The position numbers were made by a program, and so were the translations under genes. The notes under the pieces were generated by a model. It searched no databases, was not told where the DNA came from, and saw only the letters and a list, made by a program, of their open reading frames with translations. DNA of 64,000 nucleotides, taken from NCBI RefSeq assembly GCF_026571515.1, contig NW_026859581.1, positions 310,001-374,000 of the forward strand. Direction: 5' to 3'. The DNA is from Ruditapes philippinarum (taxonomy: Eukaryota). Below, piece after piece: positions 51,062 to 64,000 of the stretch (its first letter is position 1; each line of letters starts with the position of its first letter).

Positions 51062-54000
51062 GTTATTTGGATAAGCAGCAGATGATATTTACACAAATGA
51101 AGAAATAAAATTAATTAAAGATGTCTGTAGAACAACCAGTTCCACTTTTCTCATTGCTGAATAGTAAACAAAATATTTTTTAGATAGAGGCAATTTCTAT
51201 AAATGGTGGAATTCACTATGGTTTTTCTGACCTTTTAACCAAATAATTGCAGATGTCAGGCTTAGAATTCATCAAAATACACCCACTCATCAAGTTTCCA
51301 AGTCCTAATTGAAGTGATAGCGATGAAAATAATATAAATCAAGGAGTCCGATATTGCCTTTTGACCTTCTGACCCAAAATAAGTATGGCGGGTAGAATAT
51401 TTTAAGGTGCTTCTACATGCAGAATTTGAAAGGGATGGTCATGCAAATTAATGACAAAAATATTACAATAAACTTTTGTACTCAAATCACGCTTAAATGA
51501 CCTTTTTCAAAGTCCCAGCATCCGCAGATTTGTTCATATGGCGGTTATCATTGAAACAATATGAGTCATGGAATCGATTTTAAGTAAGTGGCCCCTGGAG
51601 CCTGATTTTTTTAATCAAATAGGCATGATATATATAAGTTTTAAAGAGGAACACAAGGTGATGCTACATGCCAAACAACAAACAACTGGATATTGTAGTT
51701 TCTGAAAAGTGAGAGTCCTTAAAAAATGGCACAAGTGCAGATTGCTCGGCTGATGCCATCAGCCAGGAGATGATCGGTCGTTTTGAGAGACTTCCTGCTT
51801 ACTTCAGAATTTGGTATTTCTAATGAAAGTGATTATTCTATGATCCATTGTGAACATTTAGCTTTGCCAGAAGTATCTGCAAGGTGGATTATCACAAACC
51901 TTAACATGCATGAATGTCAGCAAAGGGTAGAGTCAAGTCAAGAGTTTCTAAATGAAAACGATACCAGGCCAATTATTCCAAAAAGCACCTACAAAAGAAC
52001 CATCAATGTAATTGTTTACCTTCAAGTCTATCCTTTACGTTTTTAAACTGACGGCCTGGCGTTTTCGTGTGACAAGTTTCACTAATGGGCTAAATGTGCC
52101 TAGTTATTTCAAAATCCATTCATCAATGGCAGAATTGATGACTTGTTATAAACATCTATGTGCATGTACTTAATGAAAATATGAACCTTAGATGTCAAAA
52201 CGTGAACTTGGTCTTTAAGTTACAAACTCATCAGAAATTGTTTCAAAGAACCATTTATTTAAGCCAAGGTGAGAAAAATGTGCAGCCTGAACGGGACTCG
52301 AACCCGGGACCCTCGAAAGACAGTTCTGCAACTCTACCGACTCAACTATCCTGCCGTCTATACATCTTCTCTCCTAAATAGAGAAAAGTTCAAAACCGTG
52401 ACAAACTACCCCGCTATTTTGAAATTAATCCATAAATCTCTCAGGGTAAGAAAGCAATGTAAATCCAACTCTGAGCTCTACCCAATTACGACCATTACTG
52501 TTTCATCTTAGATTATTTAAGGCACATTGTAATTTACAAACTGATTTCTCAATAGGAATTGTAATATCATTGCCTTGGATTTTAAATCTGCCAATTTATT
52601 TTTTCTAATTAGGTTGTTTCAGTTTTCGTACTTTAGTGCTTTATGCTTTTAAATTGATCTTCTTGCTCAGTGTCCTGCTGTGCTCCTTACTGGTGGTCCT
52701 GTGCTGGGGGTGCGTTCACTGAATGATACCATTCCTTAATGATCTATTTTCATATTTTTTAATTGGTTGCATGTGATACCTATGCTTTATAACCTCCATT
52801 ACTCTCAAAATTCCATTTTGTTTTGTTCAGCAAATTACTTTTGGATTTGGTCTTCTTTTAAAATTATTTATTACTCAACATCTTCATAATCAAATGTTGA
52901 ATTCTGCTTTTTAATTTGATTGTGTGAGAGACGTGAATGATAGCATGCATTTATCACTGGTGTCTATGAACAGCATTAAACTGAAAAATCAAATGTTGGG
53001 CAACCTTTAAGAGAGCTGCATTGAACTTTATCAATGACACTTTGTTTTGGTGTATGGTCAAATACAATAACAAATGCAAATTGTTGTTTCCGGTATTTTA
53101 ATTAATAAAAACCACTCATATAGCATGAAAACGTGTATTATATTTTCTATAGCCTATGAAGGTGTACAAAATGTATTACAAATTCTACACTACAGTACAC
53201 ACTATTTCGATATCTTTTATCGGCAAATGTATATAACTTATATAAATACATGTAATTTTTACTGTCCTTTCTAAGAAAATAAACAATTCGGATATTAATA
53301 TTTGAGATATAATTATACAAATAAATTAAGTTACCTTTAAACAAAAACCTATATATTTCTCATAGCCAAAGATAGTAATAAAGTACGGACATGTCTTGGC
53401 TAAGAAATACAAAGCCTTATGGTTCAGGCATATTATAGATTAATTGCATGAATTTTAGGATATGTTTATTGTACACAATTGTCTGGCGTATATGTTTTAA
53501 GCCTCATCAAATACAAATACATGTACTATAATAGTGACTAACTTACTCAGTTTTATAAGTTAGAAACACACAAACTGTACTTTCTTTACATTTTTGGAAC
53601 ACAATCTGCCCAAAGTAAAGTGTAACATATTTATGAATTATTGTAAACAGCAAAACGTAATATTTTTAAAGTAAAAGATGAAACTTTCATATTTCATTTT
53701 GTCCTATAAGCACATATATCATCACATTAAATGAAAACATTTGTATATTGTTTCAAAATCCACTGCAAATAAAAATGTCTGTAAATAATCATGTCATTTT
53801 AAACTATGTTACATATTAAATCTAGACTTTATTATACTACATATCAATATTTCAAAACTACAGTCACAATATAAAATTACCGTTTAAAAAAACAAAAACA
53901 AATGAGTATATTTACAACTCATACATTTATATACAAAGAAAAATTGAAATAGACTAAGCTTGTTTAGTTGAGGATCTGAAATTATAATTCTGCACTAACT

Positions 54001-55212
54001 GGTGCAAGAAATAAGTGATGTGACAAAACATTTCTGAAAAAAAAAACTTATAAGGAAGAGAAATGGATACATAAAGAAACAATCTGATTCCACAACATTC
54101 ATTGAATGTGTTTAAAAGTACCAAAAACAAAAGAGATTTGTTTCTCGGAAGAAAAATTTAAAGGTCTTTAATAAATTTAACAATAAAACACATTTTCCTA
54201 AAATAAACATCAGATATATTTTTCAAACCCTTGTTCTCAAACTAAATCCATAATCTTCAATTTAAAAGAAATATCACAGTCAAAATTAAAACCTGTATGA
54301 TCAATAAATAAACTAAAGAGCTATATAGCAACCAGTGATAAGAATTTAAAACTATATATACAATAGGTTTAATGGCTTAAAACACAAAACTAAGACAAAA
54401 CAATAAAATAGCTAGATTAGAAACTCATTATAGATGTATAAAGAAAGGTTTAAAAAAAATAGAGATAAATTATTTAAAAGAAATCAAAGAAGAGAAAATA
54501 CGTGTAAAATAAAACAGGATAAATGTTTGGAAAAGAAGGAGCCAATGAACAGAGAAAAAGATTAAATGTTTATTTTAAAATTAAAGCTAAACATTTTATT
54601 CTTGGTGACTTGGTCCCATAATAACTCATGTTAAAAATATATCAAGCCTAATAAAGTTATGTCATACAAAAATCTATCATTAACAAAAAACAACATTTAG
54701 TTTTATAATGTTTAAAACATATATAAAACCAACAATGGACGGAGCAATTAGCAGCTGCCTAATTTCTGAGGTTTTCATAATTCCTAGCAAAATGCTGTTC
54801 TATTTATCTTTGAGCAACATTTACAAAATAAAATGTTAAAAATGAAAAGCGCAACTTTGTAAACCTCAAGACTGAAAACCGGTCACAAGCTCCTTCATAC
54901 CTATAATTAGTTCATTCTGCTGGGTAGATCTTTAATTAACCAATCATAATTTTGTTAATTTTTAAACTTATTTTTGCAACATGATGGCAGTGACACTTAT
55001 CAACACATAAAAACGAGTAAGTCAACAAATAGCAATTAATAATTATCTCAATTTAAGTATCACATTAACTCAACATCAGAACAGAATTTTATCAACACAT
55101 TTGGCACAAAAGTTCCACTGAATATAAATGTATATTACATATAGTAAATCCTATCTATAAATTTCTTTTTAAATTTTCTCCCATTTTCTAGATTACTTCA
55201 AAATTTTCCAGC

Positions 55213-58200
55213 CTATTTAGCTTTGACTGTGCTCTGTCCCCAGAATTCCTCCTTTCGTTTCTTTGCTCGTTCAAGTGTTTCTGAAGCAAGAGAACAGCTT
55301 GATGCCATGGACTGTACGGATACAGACAAAACATCATCATCATGGTCAACTCGAGGTATTGTCATACCTGTAAATGTATGTCAAAAGTAAAACATGTAGT
55401 TAAGTTTTAACTTACAAATTGTACCGAAAGTGCAAAGGTCATATGGCTGATTTCCAGCTCTTATTCATTTAATTGTAAAGGAATTTATTGCACCTAAAAT
55501 ACCCTTTGTACATAATTTCAAACAAAACAGGCACCTGGGTGGAACAACTGATCTTCAATCAGCTAAATGTACAGACACATCACATGAAAAAATAAAAAGT
55601 CCATGGTGGGTTTCCAATGAAAGGCAAGTGATGTGAAGTCGGCAACATTTACCATTAGGCCAGGAAAGTCCACCGCAGCTGGGACAAAAGGTATATTTGG
55701 TCCCAGACCACAGGAAAAACCATGTTATGGTTGATAAAGATTCAAAAGAGAAGTACACGGTACAAGACTTTCTACGATGATTAAACCTCAATTCTTACAA
55801 ATGGGACTTACAATTAATTCTAAACACTTATTCATTCTGTTCCTTTGTTCAAAGGTGAAAGTGAAATTGTCGGTTAAAGGTAACTCACAAATAATTAAAG
55901 CAGCAAGCTTCCAGATTCATGCTAATTTTCATGATAATTTTGAAAATGTATTTAAAAGTATAGTGTTGTGAAGTGAACAAAGAAAGTAATTAACACATTC
56001 GAACGGCACTTACAATCCACATAAATTACCAGAAAGAGGCCAAAATATGCAAACATAGCCCTTACTGGGTTACACAAAGTACAAATATCGTGATAAATAC
56101 TGCAAAATCAGTCATTTATCACTCACAACATGTAAATTATTACTTGATTAAATAATCGTGAATCTTTTTAATTTTCTTAAAATCTTTGTACATTTCCCTC
56201 AAGTTTGATTTTCTTGAATCTTTTTATTCATCTGGAGGCGTGCAGCTTGATATGTATATTGGGATCATCTTTTACTGAATAGTTTACCTACATTATAAGA
56301 TTAACAATTCAAAATTTATTACCTCCATCAATCGTCCATGAAAAGTCCCTTTGATTCTTGGCATTTTTGGTATGTGATTTCAGTTTGTTGTAAGTCAGAC
56401 CGTAACCTTCGTCTATGGCTGACAGACCACCTGTGATTGTAAAATTATAATTTAAATGAACAATAAGAAAAGCTTTATGGGAATATACAAGTAAGTCCCT
56501 TAAAATATTAACAGACAAATTTACTTCAATGTTAACTAATATGTTCCTGAGTTGCCTTAAAGTTTTATGTATTTTAGTAGATTGTAGTTTGTGATTCTAT
56601 CTATCTTCCATAAATGTCAAGCCCGTTGATTAGACGTGCACATGTCTGTGCGTCAAAAATGAAGAAAATAGCTAGTCCTGACTGCTCCTCTGCATACTTA
56701 AAACGTATATTTCAATTTTGTATCAAATCCAACAGTTCTGGGGGGTAAATTGAACAAAACAGGACAAATTATGAATAAAATTAAATATAAACATCTACCC
56801 TTCTACACTTTGTTTCTGGAACTGTAAGTTTCAAATACTTCACTTTTTAGCAGGCTGACTTTGTAATGAATTTGCCTCTCTTAATTTTCGACTGTGCATA
56901 TTGAAATTCAAGGAATAAAATATCATAATATTTAAATTGAACACTCATAGATGATCAAAGTCAATAGCTTGGTCAGCATACTCAAGAATGCTATCGCTTT
57001 GATAGGTCATATTACCCTTGTTTACTTCAAATTAGCTCTTAACCGAAATTTAAGTTTGTATGATTCTATATTAGTATTGTAATACAGACATGACCACTCG
57101 TTAATTTTACATTAATAGATTAACTACTAGAATTGAACAGAATAGAATATATGGTATAGTCTAAAAGACTGAACATATAAATCATAAAGACTGTCTTGGC
57201 TATATACAGTTGGCACCGTGAAAACTATGTATGTATATCATAACAGACCGTACCAGGGGTTTCCTTAGCTTGTAGTTTAGCAGGAGTGTAGACAAACTGT
57301 GTACGAAGTTCCCTGTCAGTAGAGGCATCATCATCCCTAAGTGCATGGGTATCCCTGGATGGCATTCCAAATGTAGGTGTACAATATGTCTGAAATTATA
57401 TTTTTATTCAATTATCATTCTATTAATATGAAATTATGCAATTTAATTAAGAAATTAAAACATTTGTCAAAGTGTGAGGAACTACTTTTTGTCATTTGCC
57501 ATTTAGGATGATGGGTGGGTTAACACTTAAATAAGGACCAAAGCTAGTATTTAACATAAATCATCCGTATTATTAATTTGCTTACTAGATCTATTACCAA
57601 AGTATATATCAAGTAACGTTGGAATGTAAATTCTTTCCTTTCAATCTGATTTAGAATAAAATATTTTGGTCAGTTTAATTACCATATTACTCATTTTGGC
57701 CATAGCTATTAAATTTGTGCACAATTCCTGCATTATTTTCACATTCATGTGTTACTGGTTATATATGGTGATTACTGATATATTACCTAACATTAAGTTT
57801 AAAATAGTATGTTAATAAATAGAAAAGTACCTTCTGACCAGCCAAAGGCTTATGTGTTTCTAGCCTTGGAGTTTCATCCTCAACTGTTCCTGAAATCAAA
57901 CACATATAACAAATCATTAATAAATCAGTATCTAAATACATTTCCTTACTTAAAATGCTTATAGATGATCGAACTTTAGTTTTTGTGTTATATTTGAACA
58001 AAAAGAAATGATTTAGTGGTAAAATACCTAGAGATATACTGCTAACTGATTAGCTAGTTTAGTAGTAATATGCCTAGAGAAATACTGTAAACTAATCAGC
58101 TAATTTAGAGATACCATACCTAGAGAAAAACTGTCAACTGATCGGCTAACTATTCTCTTGCCAGACCTTTTCTTTTTGGAATCAGGTGGAGAACTGAGAA

Positions 58201-61200
58201 TAGCTCCGCCTGTAGAGGGTGTGGTTCTATCAAGATGGTGTCGTCTGTGTTGGTTTTCACCAGTCAGTATCTGTGCCCGTATCTTTGGTGTTGGTATCCG
58301 CCCAGAGGCATTCGGGGGCTCGTCAGAAAATGTGGATGGTGTCCCTTGACTGATAATTGTAAAAAATTGTAAAAAATTCTTAATTTCATGATTTTTTTTT
58401 ATTTTCTCTTTTGATCTAGTTAATATATATATATATTTAATTTATATTTGAGGTTCCAGCAAAAAGGCTACAATGTTCATAATGATACAGAAACAAGAAC
58501 GTGTTTGTTAAACACAAATGCCCCCGACTCAGATTCTTGTCAGTAGCAATACTTCAAAAAATGTTTACCCATTCACTCAGTTATGGACAGAAAAATCGCC
58601 AAAAAATTGTAAACACAAGTATTATAGCTTGACAAAGTCATGGCATTTTGTAATTGTGAAAAATATAAGTTGCCAAGTCATTGCTCTGACTTGTGAAGTT
58701 GAAAAATATTCAACTTCATGCAAGTTATCTTCCTACCAAATATGAAATACATCTGTCATTAAATAAAGGCTGTATGGGCAAAAGTGTATAAATCTATTTT
58801 GAGCACTGGTGACCTTGACCAAACCGACCCCTAACTCTATCCAAAAGAAGAATACCATGTAAGTTATCTTCCTACCAAATATGAAATACATCTGTCAATA
58901 AATAAAAGCTGTATGGGCAAAAGTGTAAAAATCTATTTTTAGCACTTGTGACCTTGACCCACTGATCCCTACCCCAATCAAAAGGAAGAATACCATGCAA
59001 GTTATCTTCCTACCAAATATAAAATATATTTGTCACTTAATAAAGGCTGTATGAGCAAATGTGTAAAAATCTTAAAAAAAAAAAGTTTATGTTTCTATCA
59101 ATTATAAATAACATCTGTCTATAGAATAAGGTCAATACACCTGTAAAAATGTAAAAATCTATTTTTAACATTGGTGACCTTGACATTGGTAACATTGACC
59201 TTGACCCAAATGACCCCATACTACACCCAAAGAAGGAGGTGTTTGTATTAAACTAAGACATCAACTAAAAAATAAAGGCCGTATAAGCAAAAAGGTTTAT
59301 ATTTATTTTTAAAACCAGTGACCTTGACTTTGACCCTAGAGACCGCTTACTCCAAAAAAAATTAGAGGACCATCAAAGGTATCCACCTACTAAATATGAA
59401 AGATATCAGTAAAGAAATTAAGCAATTAGGAGAAATTTAAGATAAATCAAACTTGCCGAAATAGGTTAACCAGACAAGGCCCTATTTTCAAAGTGAAAAA
59501 AGGGAAATAACTGGGAAATATGGATGACACAGTTATATAGCTTGGCAATATCATGTGCTTTGTATTGATAAGTAAGTGTGGAAATTATAAAGCCATTAGT
59601 ACAGATAGAACTTAAGATATTTCCAACTTGCCGTTTCAGGTTAACCATTATCATTTTCTAAGTGCTAAAAAGGGCAATAACTTGGTAAATATGAAAGCCA
59701 GAGTTATGAAACTTGCCCAGATCATGTACTTTGTATTGATTAGTAAGTGTGTAAACTTAGAAGCCATTGGTACAGGTAGAACTTAAGAAAAATCCAACTT
59801 GCCGTTCTAGGTTAACCTCGTACGGACAGACGGACGGACGGACGGTTCAATTACTATATGCCCGGGGGCATAAAAATGGAAGATTATTATCTATCTCTTT
59901 GGGAATCACTATGAAACCAAAATATAGAAGTTCATGGAGCAGAACACTCCACTTTACTCAGTGTGTTATACTTCAAAAATCGTTCGGAATTCAGAAGTTC
60001 TGTAATTGAGAGGTATTAATTACATAGAAAGCAGGAGAAATTTTGGGATCTGAAAAATGTTCAGATTTCAGAAGTTTCCAGATTATAGAAGTTCTGGAAT
60101 TCAGAAGTTACACTATACATGTTTATAAAACATGTTACCAACCTTGTGGCTTCAAATTCTTCCCCCTCACTGGCCCAGGCCTGAGCTCTTGTTGGAGAAA
60201 CTTCATCAAGACGAGCGGTACTCTGGTCATCCTCTGAAGCTAAGGTTGCCTCTACAGAGACATGACCTTCACCTTTCCTTTGTTTTTCACTATACACAAA
60301 AAATATTGGCATTTTAATTTATAGTATCTTGGAAAACAATAACCATTTCTAAAGTCATCAATGACCAAATGGTTGCAGTCATGTACGTACTGTTCTTTAA
60401 GTCTTTGAATGGTATTCGTGATAAGGAATTGATTATGCTGTCAGGATAAAAACTCTAGAATAACAGCTACAAGTATAAAAGCAAAAGCAAATATTTTTTA
60501 TATCCATTTGAAACTGGAACCAGTTAAAATTGCAACCAATAGTCTCAGATTACAAGTTGGACATGGTCACTACCAAATTTTATCAAACAAGCGTTAAATG
60601 CAAGATACGACTGCAAAAGGGATATTAATGGTTAAGATTAAAAAGAATGTATCTTAAATGTTATAATGGAATTCAAAAAATTTCAGTCAGTTTGCCAACA
60701 TATTCTTAAAATAAGATAAAATTCTTGAAGAGACATTTACCGATGAGAATTGAGCCCAGATTCCAATGATAAAGCAGACAATGTACTTCTAGCAGAGGGT
60801 GTTGAAGCCTCCCAAAGGTCATTCTGCTTGGCCATTAACTGGGCCATATGTTCCCGAGAGAAATGTGTGCCAAGTGCACGCTGGCGGTATTCTTGGGCTT
60901 TACGGCGAAGCTCAATCACCTCCGCAAACCAGTTCGAAAGTGCCGGCATTGGCTTCTTACCACACAGTGGTTCATCAGGCTACAATGTACAATATTAATT
61001 ATTGCAAAATTTATTTCATTTAAGGAACAGAAAGCTATCTAGTATAAATGAGATTTTTATTGAATTATGTTCAGTATGATGCGTTCAGATGCACAGTAAT
61101 GGTAATCATGAAATCTGAAAGACCTCAGTGATTTATTACAAAGCTGTACTAAAAGACAAGAAAATTGATAGCTGTTGCCATTATGTCATGCTAGTAGAAA

Positions 61201-63271
61201 GAGAATTGTTAAAAAATTGTTAAACTTCATTGAACAGAAAAAGTGATTTTAATTCTAAATTAAAATGTTAACAGCATACTTATGAGTCTTAGAAATCTAT
61301 AATCAATAAAAATCTTTACATAAAATATCTCAGAACTTACTCCTTTAATTCGAACTTGAGGTGGGGCTGCACCATGCCATGTGCCTTTCACATAGTCAAA
61401 CCTATTTGGCTCTTTGAAGTTTGAATCATACTCACTTCTCACCTGTCTGATATATACGATAAGCAAAGTTGTTAATAAAAGTTCAATATAAAATCTTTAA
61501 TAGGGGTCTACAAACATGCTACGCTAATTTCATTTTTTTAAAAAGTCAACAAATAACATGTTCAAATTTTGCAATGCCTGTTCTCAATGTTTAACATTCT
61601 ATGGAATGAATAGTATTAATTAACAAGAGCTCCTCAGGTGCAGAAAAAATTCAGATAATTCCATGTAGAGGTAATAAAATATACCTTTATACAAGATGTG
61701 TTTGTTACATACAATTCCCTTTACCAAATCTGTAACGTTTTTAAAGTTTGAAAACTCTACGATGAAGATTAAGATAATATTTTATTACCTCAGAATTAGT
61801 CATCACCAAAGTATATGTATTTGGAATATGAATAAAAAGGCTGTACCTTATGAAATAAAAAGCTTATAACAAAGGTTAGAATTACCAGAGACTTTGAGAA
61901 TAGGGTAAGGTATAATACTGCGAAAAATATTACCCTGGTGATGTAGAGACATAAGAAGGATAGATCTTGTTATTTTGCAATAATCCAATATACCTTGTTT
62001 TCTTTCTAGGCACTTCAGGTACAGGTTCAGGTTTTGACTGGCCACTTTCAAGTGTTAAACGTTTGTTGTCAGGGGAAATAACTGGGGTTGATCCTGCAGG
62101 TTTTATCTCAGCTGGGGATAAATCTGTAATGGAACAAAAAATAATTTAAACATATATTCACTTTTATTTTTAACAACATTTTCATATCTCTTTTTGTTTC
62201 TTTTGTCAGTATTTAAAAATAAAATGATTAAAAAATGTAAGGCCTTTTTCTTTTAATATTAAAAGTTAAGAAGTGTTCCAAAAGCCAGAAGGAAGTATGT
62301 TTGTTGTAGTGTCTAATACTAAATAAAATCAACATAATTATTTATTGTATTACAGACCTTCCATTTAAGACCAATTCACTTTAATCTTGAGCAATGAAAT
62401 TCATGATAACTTACCTTCCATACTCTTGCTCTTCTGCAGCTGCAATGATAAAACATATAAACAGTAGTATTACAGTATAAAGAGAGCATAGTGACATTTC
62501 AAACCAAGTTGTATAATGCAAAACTATAAAATGTCACATATACTTCATTTACATAGAAAGAATAGATTTCTTGCACATGGTAAAATAAGGGCAGAAAATT
62601 TAAGAATATACATGTAAATCTGATACACAATCTTACACTCAACTTGATACATTATCATTTACAAGAAACCTGTAACATTTTTTTATTTCATCCAACCTCT
62701 TCTTGTTTGACCAGTAATGTATAGTAGAACAGTAATGTATAAATACTTGACATTAGATGCATTTCTCAATAAACAACATCAATACATGCTTAGGGCCTCT
62801 GCTTTTACTGTAAATTACACAACTAAAAATAATTGCCAATCAATTAGGAAAACTGGAAAAAAAGTCAAATAATAACCAAAGTGACCCTCACCCTGTTAAT
62901 TTCAAATAAACCTTTAATATTCAAAATATCAGTTCATAAAAATTGTTTCAGAAAGCGTAACCAGCGTGACCTTGACCCTTCAGATATACCTTTAATATTC
63001 AAAATATCAGTTCATAAAAGTTGTTTCAGAAAAGGGTAAGTAGACAGAAGAAAATTACTCCATAGAAAAATTTCGCTAAACTCTCTTTAGTCTCCAGTTA
63101 CAATAGATTTTAATCAAGATATACTTTAGTTTTCTTCTTAGGTGCTTCAATATCTTCCTCTTTCGGAACAGGGATCAGCTTGTATGCCTTAAACTGTTTC
63201 TGGTACTCCGTTACTTTAGGGATCACAGATTTCTTTGGCGGAGATAACTGTGGGCAACTGTTATACACCAC
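55213..63271 (-). CDS. MDM1: Nuclear protein MDM1 (centriolar/axonemal microtubule-binding) orthologue, 3' ten coding exons; gene continues beyond the window
   Basis: Exons (minus) 63271-63125, 62439-62415, 62123-61994, 61446-61341, 60979-60741, 60289-60143, 58349-58120, 57889-57831, 57389-57254, 56430-56323 and terminal 55367-55213. All are GT-AG with compatible phases. Motifs TEYQKQF, SEYDSNF, WFAEVIELRRKAQEYRQRALGTHFSREH, GRIPTPK..HHLDRTTP..GGAILSSP and LERAKKRKEEFWG match MDM1 as I recall it. Confidence 0.88.
55420..55672 (-). mobile_element. Degenerate SINE in the last MDM1 intron
   Basis: aggtcatatggctgatttccagct..ggcacctgggtggaac..ggcaagtgatgtgaagtc, same family as 810-1404. Confidence 0.6.
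58492..59876 (-). mobile_element. HINE-like element in an MDM1 intron with two different internal repeat arrays
   Basis: aacaag...acaaatgccccc start; ~138-bp units at 58720-59400; ~177-bp units at 59450-59820; (ggac)n; gggggcataaaaa end. Confidence 0.75.
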
Positions 63272-63721
63272 CTGAAATTAGAGAAAACAAATTTGACACT
63301 TTTAATATCATATACCTTAGATAAATGTCCTTCTTTCAATCTTGATAAAGGGCATTCATGATTTTAAATCTGCACGCCTTGAGATTTGCCAAAATAATTC
63401 AAGAAATTCAATCTTTAGAAAAATGTATTAAGATCTTAAGAAAAGCAAAAAGATTCAATATTTAATTAATTATTTACATGTTATGTGCGATTGATGACTG
63501 ATTTTGCAGTATCAATCACTATAATTATACTGTGTTACTAACGCAGTAAGAGGTATTTATGTATATTTTAACCTCTTTTTGGTTATAAACGTGGATTTTA
63601 TGTTCTGTTTGCAATGTGTAAATTACTTTCATTGTTCACTTCACAATAATTTACTTTTAAATACATTTTCAAAATTTTCATGAAAATTAGCAAGAATCTG
63701 GAGGCATGCTGCTTTAAGGAA

Positions 63722-64000
63722 GAACTAGAAATGTGTCCATAGGACACAGATGCCCCCACACGCCACTGTTCTGTCAATCTTATGACTCTAGGTCAAATAT
63801 TTTTTGGACTACATGTGCCACAAGTTGAAAACTAAAAATCAACAAAGGGCCATAATTCTGTTAAATTTGGTCGCAGCAAAAATTCCTTCCTTTACTACCA
63901 TCTACACATTAAGGTTGTTAATCCCTGGAAGTTTAAGCAAAATCTGCCATCCGGTTTAAGAGGAGTTGCGTTCACAAAATTTCTACATAGTATATAATGA
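63722..64000 (-). mobile_element. Start of another HINE-like element (runs off the window)
   Basis: aactagaaatgtgtccataggacacagatgcccc: terminal hairpin plus sub-TIR-like motif. Confidence 0.55.

Larger units (their letters stand above)
44152..52552. repeat. Head-to-tail tandem duplication: unit A 44152-49527, unit B 49528-52552
   Basis: Both units start aagagggattttgtaaaa and end caaactgatttctcaa. A additionally carries the Penelope-like element and a ~555-bp insert (~47933-48488). Confidence 0.9.

Noticed and set aside
56190-56287. Extra MDM1 exon after the tag acceptor at 56288
   Set aside because: Would need a 35-nt intron and hits TGA after seven codons; the conserved C-terminus is in 55213-55367.

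Overview
AT-rich, repeat-dense animal genomic DNA. The repeat families and TRIM type suggest a bivalve mollusc, possibly a venerid clam (inference). From left to right: (1) a structurally complete DIRS1-type tyrosine-recombinase retrotransposon (3238-8441). (2) Two adjacent non-autonomous long-TIR elements with CAC...GTG ends and 5-bp TSDs (Transib/RAG-transposon-like; 9683-12283 and 13330-16636); the second carries a fragment of a different DIRS element. (3) A tandem cluster of four two-exon B-box/coiled-coil/NHL-like TRIM genes (+ strand; two lack B-box1, one is frameshifted), with a CACAGTG-ended fold-back at one duplication junction. (4) A very young Mag/Steamer-type Ty3/Gypsy LTR element (33979-39081) inserted into a duplicated scrap of the MDM1 gene. 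(5) A truncated Penelope-like (Naiad-type) retroelement whose long frame is interrupted only by three TGA codons at cysteine positions, the signature of a selenoprotein retrotransposon. (6) A ~3-kb tandem duplication. (7) The last ten coding exons of an MDM1 orthologue on the minus strand (55213-63271). SINEs, Helentron-associated tandem-repeat elements and palindromic MITEs are scattered throughout. All alignments and counts were done by eye.
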